Assembly: GCA_951406725.2 (NCBI GenBank)
Contig: OX597814.1
Coordinates: forward strand, 31,124,001 to 31,188,000
Reading direction: 5' to 3'
DNA from: Octopus vulgaris
Taxonomy: Eukaryota
DNA length: 64,000 nucleotides
Positions 12,921 to 28,026 of this stretch are shown here, in pieces. Below the pieces are notes generated by a model. That model saw only the letters and a program-made list of their open reading frames with translations. It was not told where the DNA came from and made no database searches. The translations under genes and the position numbers were made by a program. The number at the start of each line of letters is the position of its first letter. The first letter of the stretch is position 1.

Positions 12921-13045
<125 letters not shown>

Positions 13046-13069
13046 TACATATATATAAATACATACATG

Positions 13070-13105
<36 letters not shown>

Positions 13106-13180
13106 CGCATAAATATACTTGCATACATGCATATATATATATAATCATAATACACACGCATACTTGCACTCTATATATAA

Positions 13181-13243
<63 letters not shown>

Positions 13244-13889
13244 TATATATATACACACACAATATCAGATGCTACTACTAGATTTTTCTAATTTAATTTT
13301 AAATCCTAAAGCCCGAGAGCACGACAATGAAATTATTTGAAATGGAAGGTAAACGGAAGGATAACAGAATTACAGTTGAAGCGTTTTTACATAATAGAAT
13401 GATTAAATTAAAATATTGAAACTTACTGGTTTATTTATAAATGTATCTTTCGTGGCAGGTTGCCTTTAAAAATTAATGAATACATGTTTGCAAGATTTAT
13501 ATGATAATAGAAAAACAAAGTATCTTATCTAGACGAAAAGTGAAATATTGTATTAGTCACAAGAAGAAGCAAAAATATAAACCAAAAATCACCTCAAAAC
13601 AAAAATAATATAGCAAGAATGTTAAAAACACAAACACTCAGACATTTCTAGTTGGTGACAAGTTTGAAGTGGGGAAAATGAAATATGTAGTAGATTTCAG
13701 TCGAAGCAATCTTTGTGTTATTGTTATGCAGCCCACAATGTGAAGTCGGAGAAGGAAAACCTGCATTGTCACTAACTCCAGAATGACAACAACACCCGCA
13801 TGAGAATAATGACGGTGACAAGAGCAATAGTAACATAATCAATAGCTACAGCTGCAGTAGTAACAACAACAACAACAACAACAACAGGA

Positions 13890-14112
13890 TATCGGTTTCA
13901 AATTTTGACAAAGGGTCAGCAAGTTCAGGAGTCAGCAAGTTCTGGTAAGTCGATTACACCATCGCAGTGTTAAGCTCGTACCTATTTTATCAAGCCCCGA
14001 GAAATTAAAGGCAAAGTCGGATCCGGCGGAATTTGAAACCAGAACATAAAGAAGGGCGAAATGCCGCTAAGCATTTTTCCTGGCGTTCTAACGATTCTGC
14101 CATTTCGCCGCC
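13890..14112 (-). mobile_element. tRNA-derived SINE family D
   Basis: Minus strand GGCGGCGAAATGGCAGAATCGTTAG...AAATGCTTAGCGGCATTTCG...TTCAAATTCCGCC; the head matches 63941-64000. Confidence 0.7.
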
Positions 14113-14989
14113 TGGTACCAAGAGCATGATATAAGTAACACAAATTGCTAAAATAACAGCAACAGCAACAGCAACAATCGCAACCAACACTGCAGCACAG
14201 AAGACCGATCCCGCCCCTCCCACCACCACTACCACTGTCACGGCAATGAAATCTCTCATTTCATAAACTCAGTCCTTCAAAAGTAAACTCTCTTACCTTT
14301 TGTGTGTTTACCTGAACATGGGCAACTGCTGCAAAAGTTGGCTATTTTGAAACGCACCCTGATCGTACTTGGACAAGGAGAACCATGTCGGTATATGCAA
14401 ATAAAGTCAGCGTAAATGTATGGGACATTCACCAAACTGAAGTGGTCTACCCCTTCTAAAGCATAAGGGGCGGTGATCGCAGTAAAACACCGTCCAAAAT
14501 ACTTAATTGGATTGTAACTTGACAGCATGAGAGGCACTGTCTTTGAAATGCGGAGTCCTGGAACAAAGAATCATTTAAACTTTTTTGATATGGCCAGTTA
14601 TTCCTGAAAAATCAGGTAGATAGGTTGAACGGGTCGCATATCAAAAGCCTGATAGTTTTGCATTACTCAGTTCTGATGTGATAAGTTTGGGGTGTTGGCA
14701 TTGTAATTCTTGTGGAATTTAAGGAGTACAAAATGTTCATCTGCTGCCAACAACATGTTTTCAGTATGTGGCAGCTTTATGTACAAATAAGCACGTAAGT
14801 AACAGCATCTGCAGAAATTACTTGGCAGAATATAAAGTCAGACCTAGTCACCTTAGACATGTATTGAGCACACCTTCCTCATACATTCGGCATTAATACA
14901 TACATTCACACATACCTACATACACGCATACATACAAACGTTCTTACTTAAGTATTGACCGGGGAAAATCAGTCTAACAGACACAAAAC

Positions 14990-16480
14990 CTGAGCATCAA
15001 TGGTCTCACTATCTCTCCTGTCCCACACAAAGAATGCTACAAATACCTTAGCCTTGATGGAAATATATCATACTACGATACTGTGAATAAAGATAGAGTG
15101 ACCCATGAATATTACATCAAACTAAGACAAATATTGCAATCCGAACCCTCCTCTTACAACAAGACAATATCCCACAATGCATTTTCAGTCTCAGTACTGA
15201 TTCCAACATTTGGGATGCTTGACTGCTCTATAGAAGAATTCCAATTCATAGACGTTAAAAATCGCAAGATTCTAACATCAAATGGAAATCTCCGCAAAAA
15301 TAGTGATATCGACATGTTTTACCTACGAAGAAATAAAGGATATTGGGGCTTGGGATCAGTGCAGATAGTCTTCGAATGTCGCATAGTCTCTCTCAGACAG
15401 CACTTGGTAAAAAACAGCAGCAAAATTAAATACATTAATTTAGTAGTCAAAAGTGAAGGAAGCAATATCTACATAATGAAATTGAGCTCCTCAGGAAGTA
15501 CTCACTTCCAGATGACCCCCCATAAAACCCCAAATCAGTGGGACAAGCATACCTCAAGGAACACCTGGAAGTCAAACGCTCAGCATACCAAAAAGAAAAA
15601 GGACTATGCATGGGTATGTTTCTCGTGCACTTAAAGAAGATAGTAACATTGACATGAAGTGAAACCTCTCTTGGACTCATGATCGCTACATCACATCACA
15701 CTTCGTAAGCTATGTATTGTAATATAAAAGCAAGGGATTGCTACTAAATACATAATGAGCAAAAGAGACAGTGAAGACCTTAGAGTTCCAAGATACAACC
15801 ATAAATATAGATTATGTTACATTTCTGTGGAAAACACACACATGATAAGCAGATGCCCCAAAATGTCATCAAGGTACTACCTCCCTATGCGACACGACGT
15901 TGTCACAAAAACAGTACACAATGCCATTCGAGAAAAAATGTGTCCTAGAATAAATATAGAGAATCCCCTTGAATTCCTATTGAATATGTACACAAATACC
16001 TGCTCAAGGAATACTGGTGGAACATTCTCATTAAAACATCTGTCTAGTGTAAAAGTAAGAGGTCGGACATTGTTGTTTGGGACATACAAAAAAATATGTA
16101 CCATCATAGAGGTCAGCTGCCCTGTCGATGCAAATATCTCTTTGACAATCAAAGAGAAGGAAGATAACAATGGACAGCTATTTCGAAACCACCAGTTTCT
16201 AAGTCTGGTTTGCAAATTTGCATTTATATCAATAATAATTGGGGCACTTGGTTTTGTAAGTAAATGCCTAACTATGAGTCTGGGTAAGCTTGGACTTTCA
16301 GAAAAAGATATCAAGCGACTGATTCGCACACTACAAAGATAATCAGTAAGCGGACCAGTAAAAGTATTCTACACTTTCTTGAGGTTTAAAACATAACATT
16401 GATTTCATTATCTATATTCCAAAGATGGGACTTTTATTTTATCTTTGTTAGAAACCAGCTCTGTCTTCAGAGGAATAATT
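14990..16480 (+). mobile_element. Decayed R4/Dong-clade LINE, 3' half (RT thumb, CCHC, RLE)
   Basis: Peptides EYYIKLRQILQSE..NK...NAFSVSVLIPTFG, SDIDMFYLRR.KG..GL, CPKMSSRYYLPMRHD, IIEVSCP and IIIGALG. Confidence 0.8.
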
Positions 16481-19400
16481 TAAACGATTAAATACCCCAC
16501 CCACCCACACAATTTTTATGAATGTGTGTATTTGTGCAATATAGTTAGATACACGCACGCACGCACACACACACACACACACATACATACATACATATAC
16601 ATGAGTTCACGTAGAACCCATCCCACTAAAATGTTTCAACACAACATAAGAAATATCGTTGATAGACTTTAGTGAAGGACTTCAACGATTGGTTTATTAC
16701 TTAATCATATGGTTGCTTGCTGGTATAGAATGTTTGCATTACTCTATATGTGTAGAATGTAATTTGCATTTCTTCCAAAAATGATTTGGTTTTCGGTACT
16801 TTTGAGTATGCTGATATTCACTGACTATCTTTTCATAGAATATTCAAACTATTCACTTTGTACATGCATGCTTAAAGGAGAGCTATAGCTAATGTGGTTT
16901 GAAAAAGCAATAGCTTGGCACTTCATTATCATTATGCAAGAGTTTCTCTTGAAAGAAACATCGATATTCATGACCTGCAGTAAGTGTTGTTCATCTAATG
17001 TTGACATCAAGTAATTCAAATGAGATGTTCTGTTCTAAATCCTTAGGGAGCCATGCCTGGCAGTGATGAAAGGCAGTCGAATCTCAAGAGAGCAAAGATA
17101 AATCCTAACTCCCATTATTGACATGCTTGTGTTTAGAACAGTAAGAGGTAGGGACCTTCTCTTGGGAACCACGATAAACCCCAAAATCGTGTAGTTCTTC
17201 TATTTCGCCTTGCAAAATCTAAAGTAACAATCGTATCTCGTGTCCCAAGACATATGAAAATACTACCACTCACTTTGCAATGCAATATATATCTTGACAC
17301 TTGCTGTACAGAGTTTGAATCTGAGATACGGATATGTTTTGTCGATTTAAACTACTTATCAGAGCTAAATAATGGATATATTAAAGTTGTGATATATATG
17401 CATACGCAATAGCTGCCAACGTATGTTGGTCAGATAAAATCTAATTTCCTTTTTAACATCACGCCATGTCGATTTTACTGATAATATGATACAGACATTG
17501 AAAAGTTTGGGGCTTTCTGATTATTTGTGGTGAATGCACTGAGTGAATTATGGTAAAGGGGTAAAGAAAAGAATATATTGTTGATAAATACTATTTTTGC
17601 ATAAGAATAAAATGAAAGGAGGGGATACTTCTTAAGAATATGAAAATGCTATATAAATATTTCATTAAACTCGTGATCCTTTTGACAGCTTCATTATAAA
17701 TATATGAGGTTTTCATGATTGAAGAGGTATTTACAGTATTTACTGGGTCCATCTGTACAAAAGCAAAAAAAAAAAAAATTATATTTTCCTTTGTATGTTA
17801 TTTTCTATCCTAAAGTAACAATTTTAATCTAAGTAAAAAAAAAAATGATTATAAACATAATGTTATATTGGTGAAGCGGTGTGATGAATATTTAACTAGA
17901 TACTAATATGTTATTGTATTGCAATGCATATTGTGTTTAATTTAGTAATATAAGTTGGTGATAAATTTACTCGTAATTAGAAAAAGAATATATTGTTTTA
18001 TTAGTTTCAGCTCAAAGTTGTGGCTATGTTGGAGCACTGCTGTTTTGCTACACTGTTATTATTGATAGACTCACCTGATATGTGGCATTTGGTGAATAAG
18101 GGAGTTTGATGCCGATATCCTCATTTGCACCTTCTGCCACGAAGTAGGTTCATCTGGGCCTCTCGACAGGAAGAGATCCTTGGTTTGAAAGCACCTACAT
18201 CCACTTTGTGTAGGTCCCTCAGGCTCTTTGGGAGAATATTAAAAAGCTGTGGGCCCTCGAAATTTTAAATTCAATAAGCATATAGATATGTGTATAAAGA
18301 GATAGATATGAATGTCTACCTGGAACTAGAAACAACAGTAACATCGGCTTCTATAGGACCGCCACATTTTATTGACAAATATATTTTATGAATAAACGGA
18401 AAGGGATAAATAAATAGACAGATAGATAAATAAATGGATGAAAAGGTTCAAAATTTAAAATTGGGGGAGGGGTGAATTTTGAGCACCTTATTAAACTTTA
18501 TAATATTAATTATTAAACATTAATGTTTGTTTCTCATAACATGGGGTATATTCAATTTATATTAAATTATTATTTACGAGTATTTAAGGCGAACACAAGT
18601 AAAACGCAAATTCTTTTCACTTTAATGTTTTTGTCTGAATTTAATTAATAATATCAGGGTAATAAATATTTTAGAAACTTTTACTATCCATGGTAACACG
18701 CTAGGCAACAGGTGTTAAAAATTGTAACGAAAGCGCTAATAATAATGAAGAAATAAAAAGATTTTCCCCAAAAATTCTGACGACATTTTTTTTTTCAATA
18801 TATATATATACATACATACATACTTTTATCTATTTTGTAAGGACAAATAGCTTAGTTGATTTCGACAGTATTTGGAGTCCAAATAAAAGGCCATTATTAA
18901 ACAATGCAGAATATGTGTCCGATGCTTTTACCGACCGTTCTTCCATTTCATTCCCATCTGTTACCATTGAGTATTTATTGATTCGTAGACCCAATAAGAA
19001 TATAATCTAAGACCCGTCTTGGTTGAATCGAACTAACATGTAATATAACATGAGTGATGAAGTTGGAAAAAAATAAGCGTCACATAGTTTTCCAACTTCA
19101 TCTCTCTCTAATACTAGTTTTAATTTTGTTAAATTATATGTATTAAGTAACATAATGTGATATGTCGACAGTGGTGAAATCTTATTCATTAAATTGTTGG
19201 GGGTCTTTAACATAGATTGTTTTGAGCTCAATATCTTCTTAACGAGTAGTAATTTTCCGCTAAAATTGGACTTAACTATTATCAATTTGTATTTTAAGTC
19301 CAATGATAACAATAATTTACCCCAGATTTTTCACTCAAAATTAGATGTTCTTTATAAAAATATTTTTTTAAAAAATGTATCAAAACCGAATTAATCATGG

Positions 19401-19674
19401 TATATTTTAGGACATTAAATACAGTCTTTTTATCTAATACATTATATGAATTTTAAGAAAATGTTGTGCTTTAAAATAAAATGGAGGTATTGAGTCGGGA
19501 AAGAAAATATGCACTATAAGTTTACAAGTGCGGTATAAACATTAATTTTTGCGTAAGAAACTTTACCATAATTAATATGCGGAATCAGGGAAGAAAAAAC
19601 AGTATGGAGCAAGTGTGCTTCTGTAACTTATGCTATGATCGAGAATAATCTTTGATTGCTTGGTGTTTACGTAG

Positions 19675-20762
19675 CAAAATATTCCGATCTATTCCATATC
19701 AATCTCAGATTTTTGAATTGTTTTTAACTAAACAGTTTGAAACTTCGAATACTAGTAGAATTTCTCACGTAAAACACGGTTTACTCTGAACGTTTTTGAC
19801 AAAATTTCGCATTTTAGAAGTTATTTCGTGTTAAATTTGTCATATTTGGGTAATTTCAACCAATCAACGACGTGCATTCGGTTGAAGAATGCTACTGCTG
19901 TTTGTGATAATAATCGAAGAGGAACAACTTCTGGGTTATCTCTACTAAATGTCACCACTCTGTTGTTCTATTCGTATGGCGAGCTAATACGATGTCACAT
20001 TTATCCTTTCTTCTTTTCTAGTCGGCACCGTGCATTCCTTACTCTTTCCTCCCTTCTATACTATCAACTAGCATCCAGCGAGGAAACTTGTCACTGCTAC
20101 TACAATTACCGTATTTTCTGGTGTATAAGCCGCTATTTGTTTTGTTTTACCTTCTTGTTTTGATAATGTTATTTTTTATCTAATAAAGACTTTTATATTG
20201 ACGAAATGTGTTTGTTGTTGAGTATAGTAAGATAGAATTATGACAATAACAATACATCACATAGTTGTAAAATAAGGCATTTTGAAACTACATAAACGCC
20301 AACAACAAAAAAGCTAGTTGCGGACTCGTTGCTCTATAAGTCTTTTAAACTCCGGCGCGCTTTATGTGGATAAAACACCGATGTCGGGCAAACGAATAAA
20401 CATATGTAGATAATATATCTTCCTTCTTGGCGTTGGTTCTTCGAAGGTGTTGATTCTGCGAACGGAGTGGTGATATTTAGTAGAGACGACCCGGAAATTG
20501 TTCCTCTTCGACTACTATCGTAAACACCAATACCTTTCTTCAAGCGAATACACGTTGTTGATTGGTTGAAATTACCCAAATACGACAACTTTAACACGAA
20601 ATAACTTTTAAAATACGAAATTTACTCTGGAAAATGTTCAGAGTAAACCGTGTTCTACGTGAGAAATTCTACCAGTAATCGAAGTTTCAATCTGTTTAGT
20701 TAAAAAAAAAAAATTAATTAAAAAAATCTGTGATTGAGACAGAATAGATGCAAGTATTCTAT
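19675..20762. mobile_element. Non-autonomous DNA transposon / foldback element with about 290-bp terminal inverted repeats
   Basis: 19675-19964 is the reverse complement of 20461-20762, also seen as paralogous ORF starts MLNLSYLGNFNQSTT and MLKLSYLGNFNQSTT. Confidence 0.8.
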
Positions 20763-22232
20763 ATGCGTTGGAGACAATGTCCTTTTACTGTAGAGATATG
20801 TATGAATCGCATGGATATTGGAAAACAGTAGACTTTGAGCGAAAGATATGGAAGTGCACGCTTAGCTTCAGCTCCCTGGTTTGTTTGTTGATTTTCAGGT
20901 GCAACACATTTTTCAGAGGCCACTCAAGTTGAGAAATGTGGGTATTCCAATTGCTACAGGTATCTTAGTTATAGAATATACCCATATATTCAGTTGAACT
21001 TAATATTTGGTCGATCCTTGTTTTGTCGTTGTTTTACTTCAGGCCAACCTTTAAGAGCAGACCTACGATCAAGAACATTAATGTCATAACCATCTCAAGT
21101 TTATCTTAGTAACAAAGTATCTTAGTCTACGTTAGTAAAAATATCCGGTTCAAACACGTTAAAAGAGATTTAAAGGCTATTTTTGGCGGGTTGAGGGATA
21201 ACAGACAGGCTCTTGTTGCTGACTTATCTCAGCATCTGAAGTGTGATTTGTTGGTGGCTAAATCATTTGATGCTAGATATGGTGAGAATAATTAAACAGT
21301 GTTAGAACGCCACTCACGCCATTCTAAATTTCTCGAAAAATCCACCGATTTCTCAAGCATGTAATACTCGACTCAGAGTAAGTGTCACTATATCGCTAGA
21401 AGTTGTAGTTAAAAGGAAATGATATATTATATGAATTGTAATAAGATTATAATCGAGTTGTCGATTAGTATTTGTCTCAGAAAATGTCTTATTTACTTAT
21501 AATTCTAGGAGCAGGATAGCATTAATATGGTTAGGATTACGTTTAATGTTATCATATCCGTTTCGCAGAGAGCATTGTTAGAGTACATTGAGATATTAAA
21601 AAACTTTTTTAATTAAAAGAAAGATTGGAAAATCCAATTAAAATAATCTGATTAAGCTATTAATTATAGTAATAAGGTGATGGAATTTTATATTTATATA
21701 TTGTAAAGTTTCACACATTTATGATTGACATAATAAAGACAGAATTTATATTATCATATCAAGGAAGTGTGTGATTTTGATATTTTTTCCTTAAAGACGA
21801 TAAATATATTATAATTTCTAAAAGAAGTTGTAAGGATTTCTTAATTCTGACAGACAATGTTTGGTAGTTGTGAAGAGATACACATCATGGTATAAATCAA
21901 CATCCAGGTAACGAAATTTACTGTTTGGTTCAAATATAATACAGGATACTACTAAGTCAAATACATTCGCTGAAACGGATGAGCCCATTGTGATATTAAA
22001 AATAGTATATCCAGATGTTCGAGTCCAATAAGTATCGCAAGATAGAAGTGTACTGCTTGCTGTTAAAATAATACCTATGCGGGTAGCAGTTAAAGCGAAG
22101 ATCTTTCAAGCAATGATAAATGACTGTGCTCTCTGGCAAGACCTTCTCCTCTAACGTCAAGGCACTGGGTTTAGAGGAGATGTAATAGTTATTAATAACA
22201 GTTGTAAAAAACAAGTTTTTTCTTCTTTTCAG

Positions 22233-22427
22233 GCGTCAACAAAAATGGAGCCAATTTCGCAAGAGTAAATCCCAAACAGATGAGTTAATACGTTTTGATA
22301 TTACGTATCACTATGCCAACGATTTTTTCACTAATTATGTTGCGCATATCCTTGGTAGGATTCAGCATAAGGGAGAAATATATTCATATGGAAAATTGAT
22401 GTATAAACGTCGAAGAATTAATCCGTG
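22233..22427 (+). CDS. Candidate internal host exon (195 bp, phase 2-2), product unknown
   Basis: Strong acceptor TTTTTTCTTCTTTTCAG; stop-free frame RQQKWSQFRKSKSQTDELIRFDITYHYANDFFTNYVAHILGRIQHKGEIYSYGKLMYKRRRINP; donor GTAATT at 22428. Confidence 0.3.
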
Positions 22428-22549
22428 GTAATTAAGCGCTCATCTACTAACAGGTCGTTAAAATTGAACAGGCTATTATATTGTAAATACAAAAGAAACT
22501 GATTTGCATGCATATGCATGAGTTAAAACGATCTTAAGGCAATATATTT

Positions 22550-22965
22550 AGCGTCTCAGTCATTAGAGCGCAGCCTAGCTGCAGCACCGTCTTGAAGAAT
22601 TTTGTGGTTAAATGAATCGGCACCAGTCCTTTTTTAAGCTCGGTACTTATTCTATTGCTCTCTTATTGTCGAACTGCTAAGTTACAGGGACCATAAACAC
22701 AACACCAAGCCTGGATGGAGGACAAACACACACACGCACCCAGAGTTATATATATATATATCTTCTTTTATTCTTATATTCTTTTATTTGTTTCAGTGAT
22801 TTGACTGCGGTCATGCTGGAGCACCGCCTTTAGTGGAACAAATCGACCCCAGAACTTATTCTTTGTAAGCCTAGTACTTATTCTATCAGTTTCTTTGCCG
22901 TATCTTTAAGTTACGGGGACGTAATCACACCAATATTCGTCAAGCGATGTTGGGGGGGGGGGCAC
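22550..22965 (-). mobile_element. Two 3'-half fragments of SINE family A
   Basis: TTGTTTCAGT..TTGACTGCGG..ATGCTGGAGCACCGCCTTTAGT and GTACTTATTCTAT motifs match 61-260. Confidence 0.75.
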
Positions 22966-23002
22966 AGACACACAAAAGAGATACAGACAGACAGACACAC
23001 AC

Positions 23003-23067
<65 letters not shown>

Positions 23068-23747
23068 AACAAACACGTGCGTTTTATGCGACGATTTGAT
23101 AAGCGGTGCCGAATTTTGTAAATAATAATAATAATTATTTTATTTTATAAGCATAAAGCTTATAAGCGATCACTCTGTATTGACTAAAGAAAATAGTCAA
23201 ATATTGGTCCATATAAGGCCTCAACGGGGAGAAAAGTGCGTCTTCCGTACGCATAGGAATCATGTATATATATATGGGACTGAACCCGGAATCATGTGGT
23301 TGGAAAGCAAACTTCTTACAGCAGAGCTACGCCTGCGTCTACATGCATAAATTTCATATATAGCTCTTACTTCAACATTATTCAACGGCTGTATCATTGC
23401 GATAAACTCTACCAAATATATAATTACATATTTGCAGAGAAGACTGTTACTGGTTTAAATACATCGAAGTAGAGCTTTTTTTTCCTCTGACTAACTTAAT
23501 TTAACAAGTTTTGTTTTAAAAATTAATACGACTTTAATTTGAATTAAATTAATTATGCAGCCGAATTATGTAATTATGCCTTTGTTTGTGTTTTTGCTAT
23601 GGAAACAGTTGTTGAATGCAGTTAAAGTAGTATAGATGTATACATAGATTATAAATGTGAGGTTACATGCGAACACACAAATATATACGTGTATATATAC
23701 GTGGGTTTGTATATAAAATGTGAACATACATGCATATATATATACAT

Positions 23748-23807
<60 letters not shown>

Positions 23808-23848
23808 TTTTGTATATACAAACACGCGCACACACACATACACACAAG

Positions 23849-23879
<31 letters not shown>

Positions 23880-24847
23880 GTATACATATAGACACATACT
23901 TCCCATCCTTTTAAAGTGGGGATGACTCTGTAAAGAAACGAACGGGTAGGCTTACGGCAAGTCGAGAGTGAACTAGCTGACATCAATGCACTACCTTCGT
24001 TTTTTTTTCAGTGGGCAAGCATGTACGTTACAACATCATCATTACCCTCATATATCTAGAGGGCTTTGCTTTGTATCTATTGAAAATTAACTAACAAATA
24101 TAATACAAAACACAAATCCATTGTTACATTGTGCTTGAGATTTCAGTTTATCTTTTTAGAACGACAAAAAGGAATTATCGCGCATTTACAGAAGCTGAAA
24201 GCAACTTCATTATTAGGAAGGTCACGACATAAGAATCGTTTGTTAAATAATTGGAAACGGATCAGTGGCTTGTGGCAATTCCTTTAAATTTGCTTTTAGT
24301 GTTAAAAAAAATAAAATATTAAATATGTCACGGATTCAAGAAAGCAACACTTAGATGTACACAGACGAAGATGAAAGTTGAATAATTTATTTATTTATTT
24401 CTTTTGTGTGTTTCAGCCATGCAGCTGCGGTCATGTTGGAGCACCACCGTGATTGATAAATAAAAGTTATAGAAAGTGGGAATTGAAAAATCACAAGTTA
24501 TGCAGTATTTACATTGTTTTTCAAAAGACTAAATGTTTATACGCTCATTCGTTCGTTCATTCGCGTGCGTGAGTACACACACGTACATATCTATGAATAT
24601 ATATATGCAAAGTTATATATTCATGTTTGTATGTTTCTGTATGTATATTCATGTATTTGTGTGTGTGTGTGTGTGTGCATATATATATTTATATACAAAC
24701 ATACATACTTGTATATAAACATATTTACTACTCATACACTCACACACACGTATGTATGTATGTATGTATGTATGTATGTATGTATGTATGTATGTATGTA
24801 TGTATGTATGTATGTATGTAGTATGTATACATACATAGGAATTTGTA

Positions 24848-24908
<61 letters not shown>

Positions 24909-26309
24909 CATATTCAGGTTAACACGTTAGGACGGAACAAGATGCAAAAACTTTTACTGGAATACCCACGGTCTCATCACAACTATCCGACGAACGGGAA
25001 TGTGGAACTCTAAGTAACAACTTTTGTGATAATTTTCCGGCTTTAATAAAAGTGTATACATGCATGCATACATAAATACACGCATACATAAATGAATACT
25101 TACATACATACATACATACTTACACATACATAAATACATATAACATATATGCTCCAGCATGGCCGCAGTGAAATGACTGAAAGAAGTTTCGAATTGATGA
25201 ACCAGGTTTTTTTTCCCATCGTTGAAGGGATGTTAGTCCTTCATTCATGCGGTTTTTTCTCCAGAGTTTGGTAGTTTTATCAAAGAGTGCACCTTCAGAG
25301 AAGTTTTAATTTCAATTTGCATTTCCTTGTCAAGTGCCTTGAATTTTTCTTCGCTGGAATTGACTCTTAGCCATAACAGTTCTATTTCTGTTTTGAATTT
25401 TTCGAAAGCCAATTTCTCCTTGAGTTTTTGTTGGTTTTCCAGTTCATTTCGGATGAGTTGAGGATGAAGTACTAACTGACATACTTCCAACGATGGGGGG
25501 AAAATGGTTCATCAATTACGAAACGGAGTTTAAAAACCAGCACCATAGAAGCAACCCATATTTAAAAAAATAATTAAAAGTCACATACCGCACCTACAAC
25601 AATAACCAAAACCCTTTTAGTAGGCATCAACTAACACACAACAAAATACCCCAGAAACTCTTTTTAGGCCAGGGCAAACTGATATCCACTACAAACCAGC
25701 TGATTACAAACAATACCTCCTGTTCACCTCCAATCACCTACAGCACGCGAAGACAAACACCCCCTTCAACCTAGCGAGAAATATCTGTACAGCCGTCTCA
25801 AATTAGAGAACGCAAAATAAAAGACTCCAAAATCTAAAGGCAATTCTTCTCGAAAGACATTACCCAGCATCATTAGTTGACAATGGAACAGAACGGGCCA
25901 AGACAATCGATACCCAAGACTTACAAAAACCGAAGCACACTCAACGTACATTAAATATTCTCCCATATCTCTCCGTCAAAAAATGTGGTCGTTCTAACTG
26001 CAGGACTGCATCCACTTCATTGAAGGAACAATATACAAATTCCAGTCGGGACACAACTTTTGTCGTAAAAAAGAATGTACTGTATGCCATAAGGTGTGAA
26101 GGGTGCCACAAAGATTACATGGGGCAAACGAGTTCAGAGATAGTCCACCGCCAACAAGTGAGGGACACCACCACACGACAGATACCACTAAGTGGTCACT
26201 TAGATCTCTGTGCACAAAACATGTCCTCAAATTCTTACTTTTCCCACTATACCAATGGCCAGACAACACCACTGACCAAACACGAATAAATAGGGAGCAT
26301 AATCTTATT

Positions 26310-27460
26310 CAAAAGACTACAACTCAACATACTCTAACATACCCCCCAGATACACACCCACAAGAAACACACACAGAAACGCACACAGCTGTACAAAAGC
26401 ACACACACAAATACAAAGCAAACCTCCCATACAAACACACACACATACATATATACACACACACACAAACACAATATCCCCACACTCGAGCACAAACTCA
26501 CACACATTCCGAGGAAAACACATGTCTGTATACGCATGCAATACGATTCTAATAATCATAACCAACACTCACACACACACATACACACATACACACATAC
26601 ACACATACGTAAACACGTACATATACACACTTACGCACACCACCCTGACAATTGCAAATCACACTCACATATATACAGAAACACATACAAATACGTAAAT
26701 ACAACACACACACACACGCATACATACACATATATGTACACACACAAACACAATATGCCCGTTCCCAGTAAAAAATCATACACACACTCAAAGAAAAACA
26801 CAGATATCTACACGCAATACAAGCCCAACAATCACAACAAATACTCACAAACACACACACATACACACACATACACACACATACACACTAGCATGCACAC
26901 AAACACAGAATAACACACACTACCCTGAATAATACAGGATACATTGACACACTCACATGTATGCACACACACTGTACAAACAATACAAACAAAACAAAAC
27001 ACTCACAAATACAGTACACACACACGTGCACACACATCCGGAAACTACATAAACCACACCCACATATACACACACATACAAACGCATACTCAATACACGC
27101 GCACACATACATACCGCCCGGATAAACGCAACACACATGGACACACACAGAACCCTTGATAAATACAACACATACACATACACAACCACAAGTACCCACA
27201 CGCACATACATATACACCCTCACATACACATACGGTTGCTCACACACACACACCACCAGGACAACAACACAAACATACTCACAGACGCATACACACTCAC
27301 GTACACACATCCCACCAACACAAAACACACACAAACATACACACACGCACACACATACGCACAGACACACGCAAACAAACACATACACACACATATATAT
27401 ATACATACAAAATGTATATAATATATATATATATATATACAAAATGTATATATATACAAA
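26310..27460. repeat. About 1.15-kb degenerate (CA)-rich tract
   Basis: Directly visible in the sequence. Confidence 0.9.
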
Positions 27461-27889
27461 ATTTAGAGGAATGACCACTAATAGTGGACAGCCTGTATGC
27501 TAGATATAGACGTCAAACTCACCATTTACCACGAAGAATGTGTTCTCAAGAAAAAATTCAGCAAAAACCAAAGTTTAGAAATAAGACAAATGAAAATATA
27601 CGAAAATAAAAACGATTACCTACGTACTAATTGGTGTCACTTGTTAATATTTACGTATATGTAAACATCTGCAAGATCGTCAGCGTAGTCTGTCGTTTAC
27701 GAAATACAATTTATACAACTAGATACAGGGCGCTAGACCGGAATCCGGTATGTATAAAGCTCCACAAATTATATTTATGTGTATCTTTCAAATGCCTTCA
27801 CTTTAGTGCGCTGAGATACGTGAATATTACCAATAATATTTAATACGTAAATATTAACACAACAAAGCTTATACAAAGCTTTACATTTT

Positions 27890-27931
27890 ACTTTTGATAA
27901 TCTTTGTCTAAAAATGTGAAACTGGTCAAGT
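27890..27931 (+). ncRNA. Decayed minimal hammerhead ribozyme (probably inactive)
   Basis: ACTT-TTGATAA-(stem II remnant)-GAAA-CTGG-TC-AAGT. Stem I pairs; the core differs from CTGATGA by two transitions; AATAAA follows. Confidence 0.45.
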
Positions 27932-28026
27932 CAATAAATATCTTTAAACGACCTTTGCATTTTCAAACCTTCTTTCATATATATTTTCACTCGTGCGGTC
28001 TCTTACAACTTTACTTGTTATATATA

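Larger units (their letters stand above)
25186..28020 (+). mobile_element. Decayed Naiad/Neptune-type PLE with CA-rich 3' region and decayed HHR
   Basis: Thumb DIHYKPADYKQYLLFTSNH..H..TNTPFNLARNIC (about 25680-25790). GIY-YIG KKCGRSNC...NVLYAIRCEGCHKDYMGQT..HRQQVR..IPLSGHLDLC (about 25975-26220). Paralogous to 53760-55030. Confidence 0.75.

Noticed and set aside
24980-25052. CCGACGA...GATA...AATAAA hammerhead-like arrangement
   Set aside because: Two core mismatches and poor stems I and III; at best a decayed remnant.
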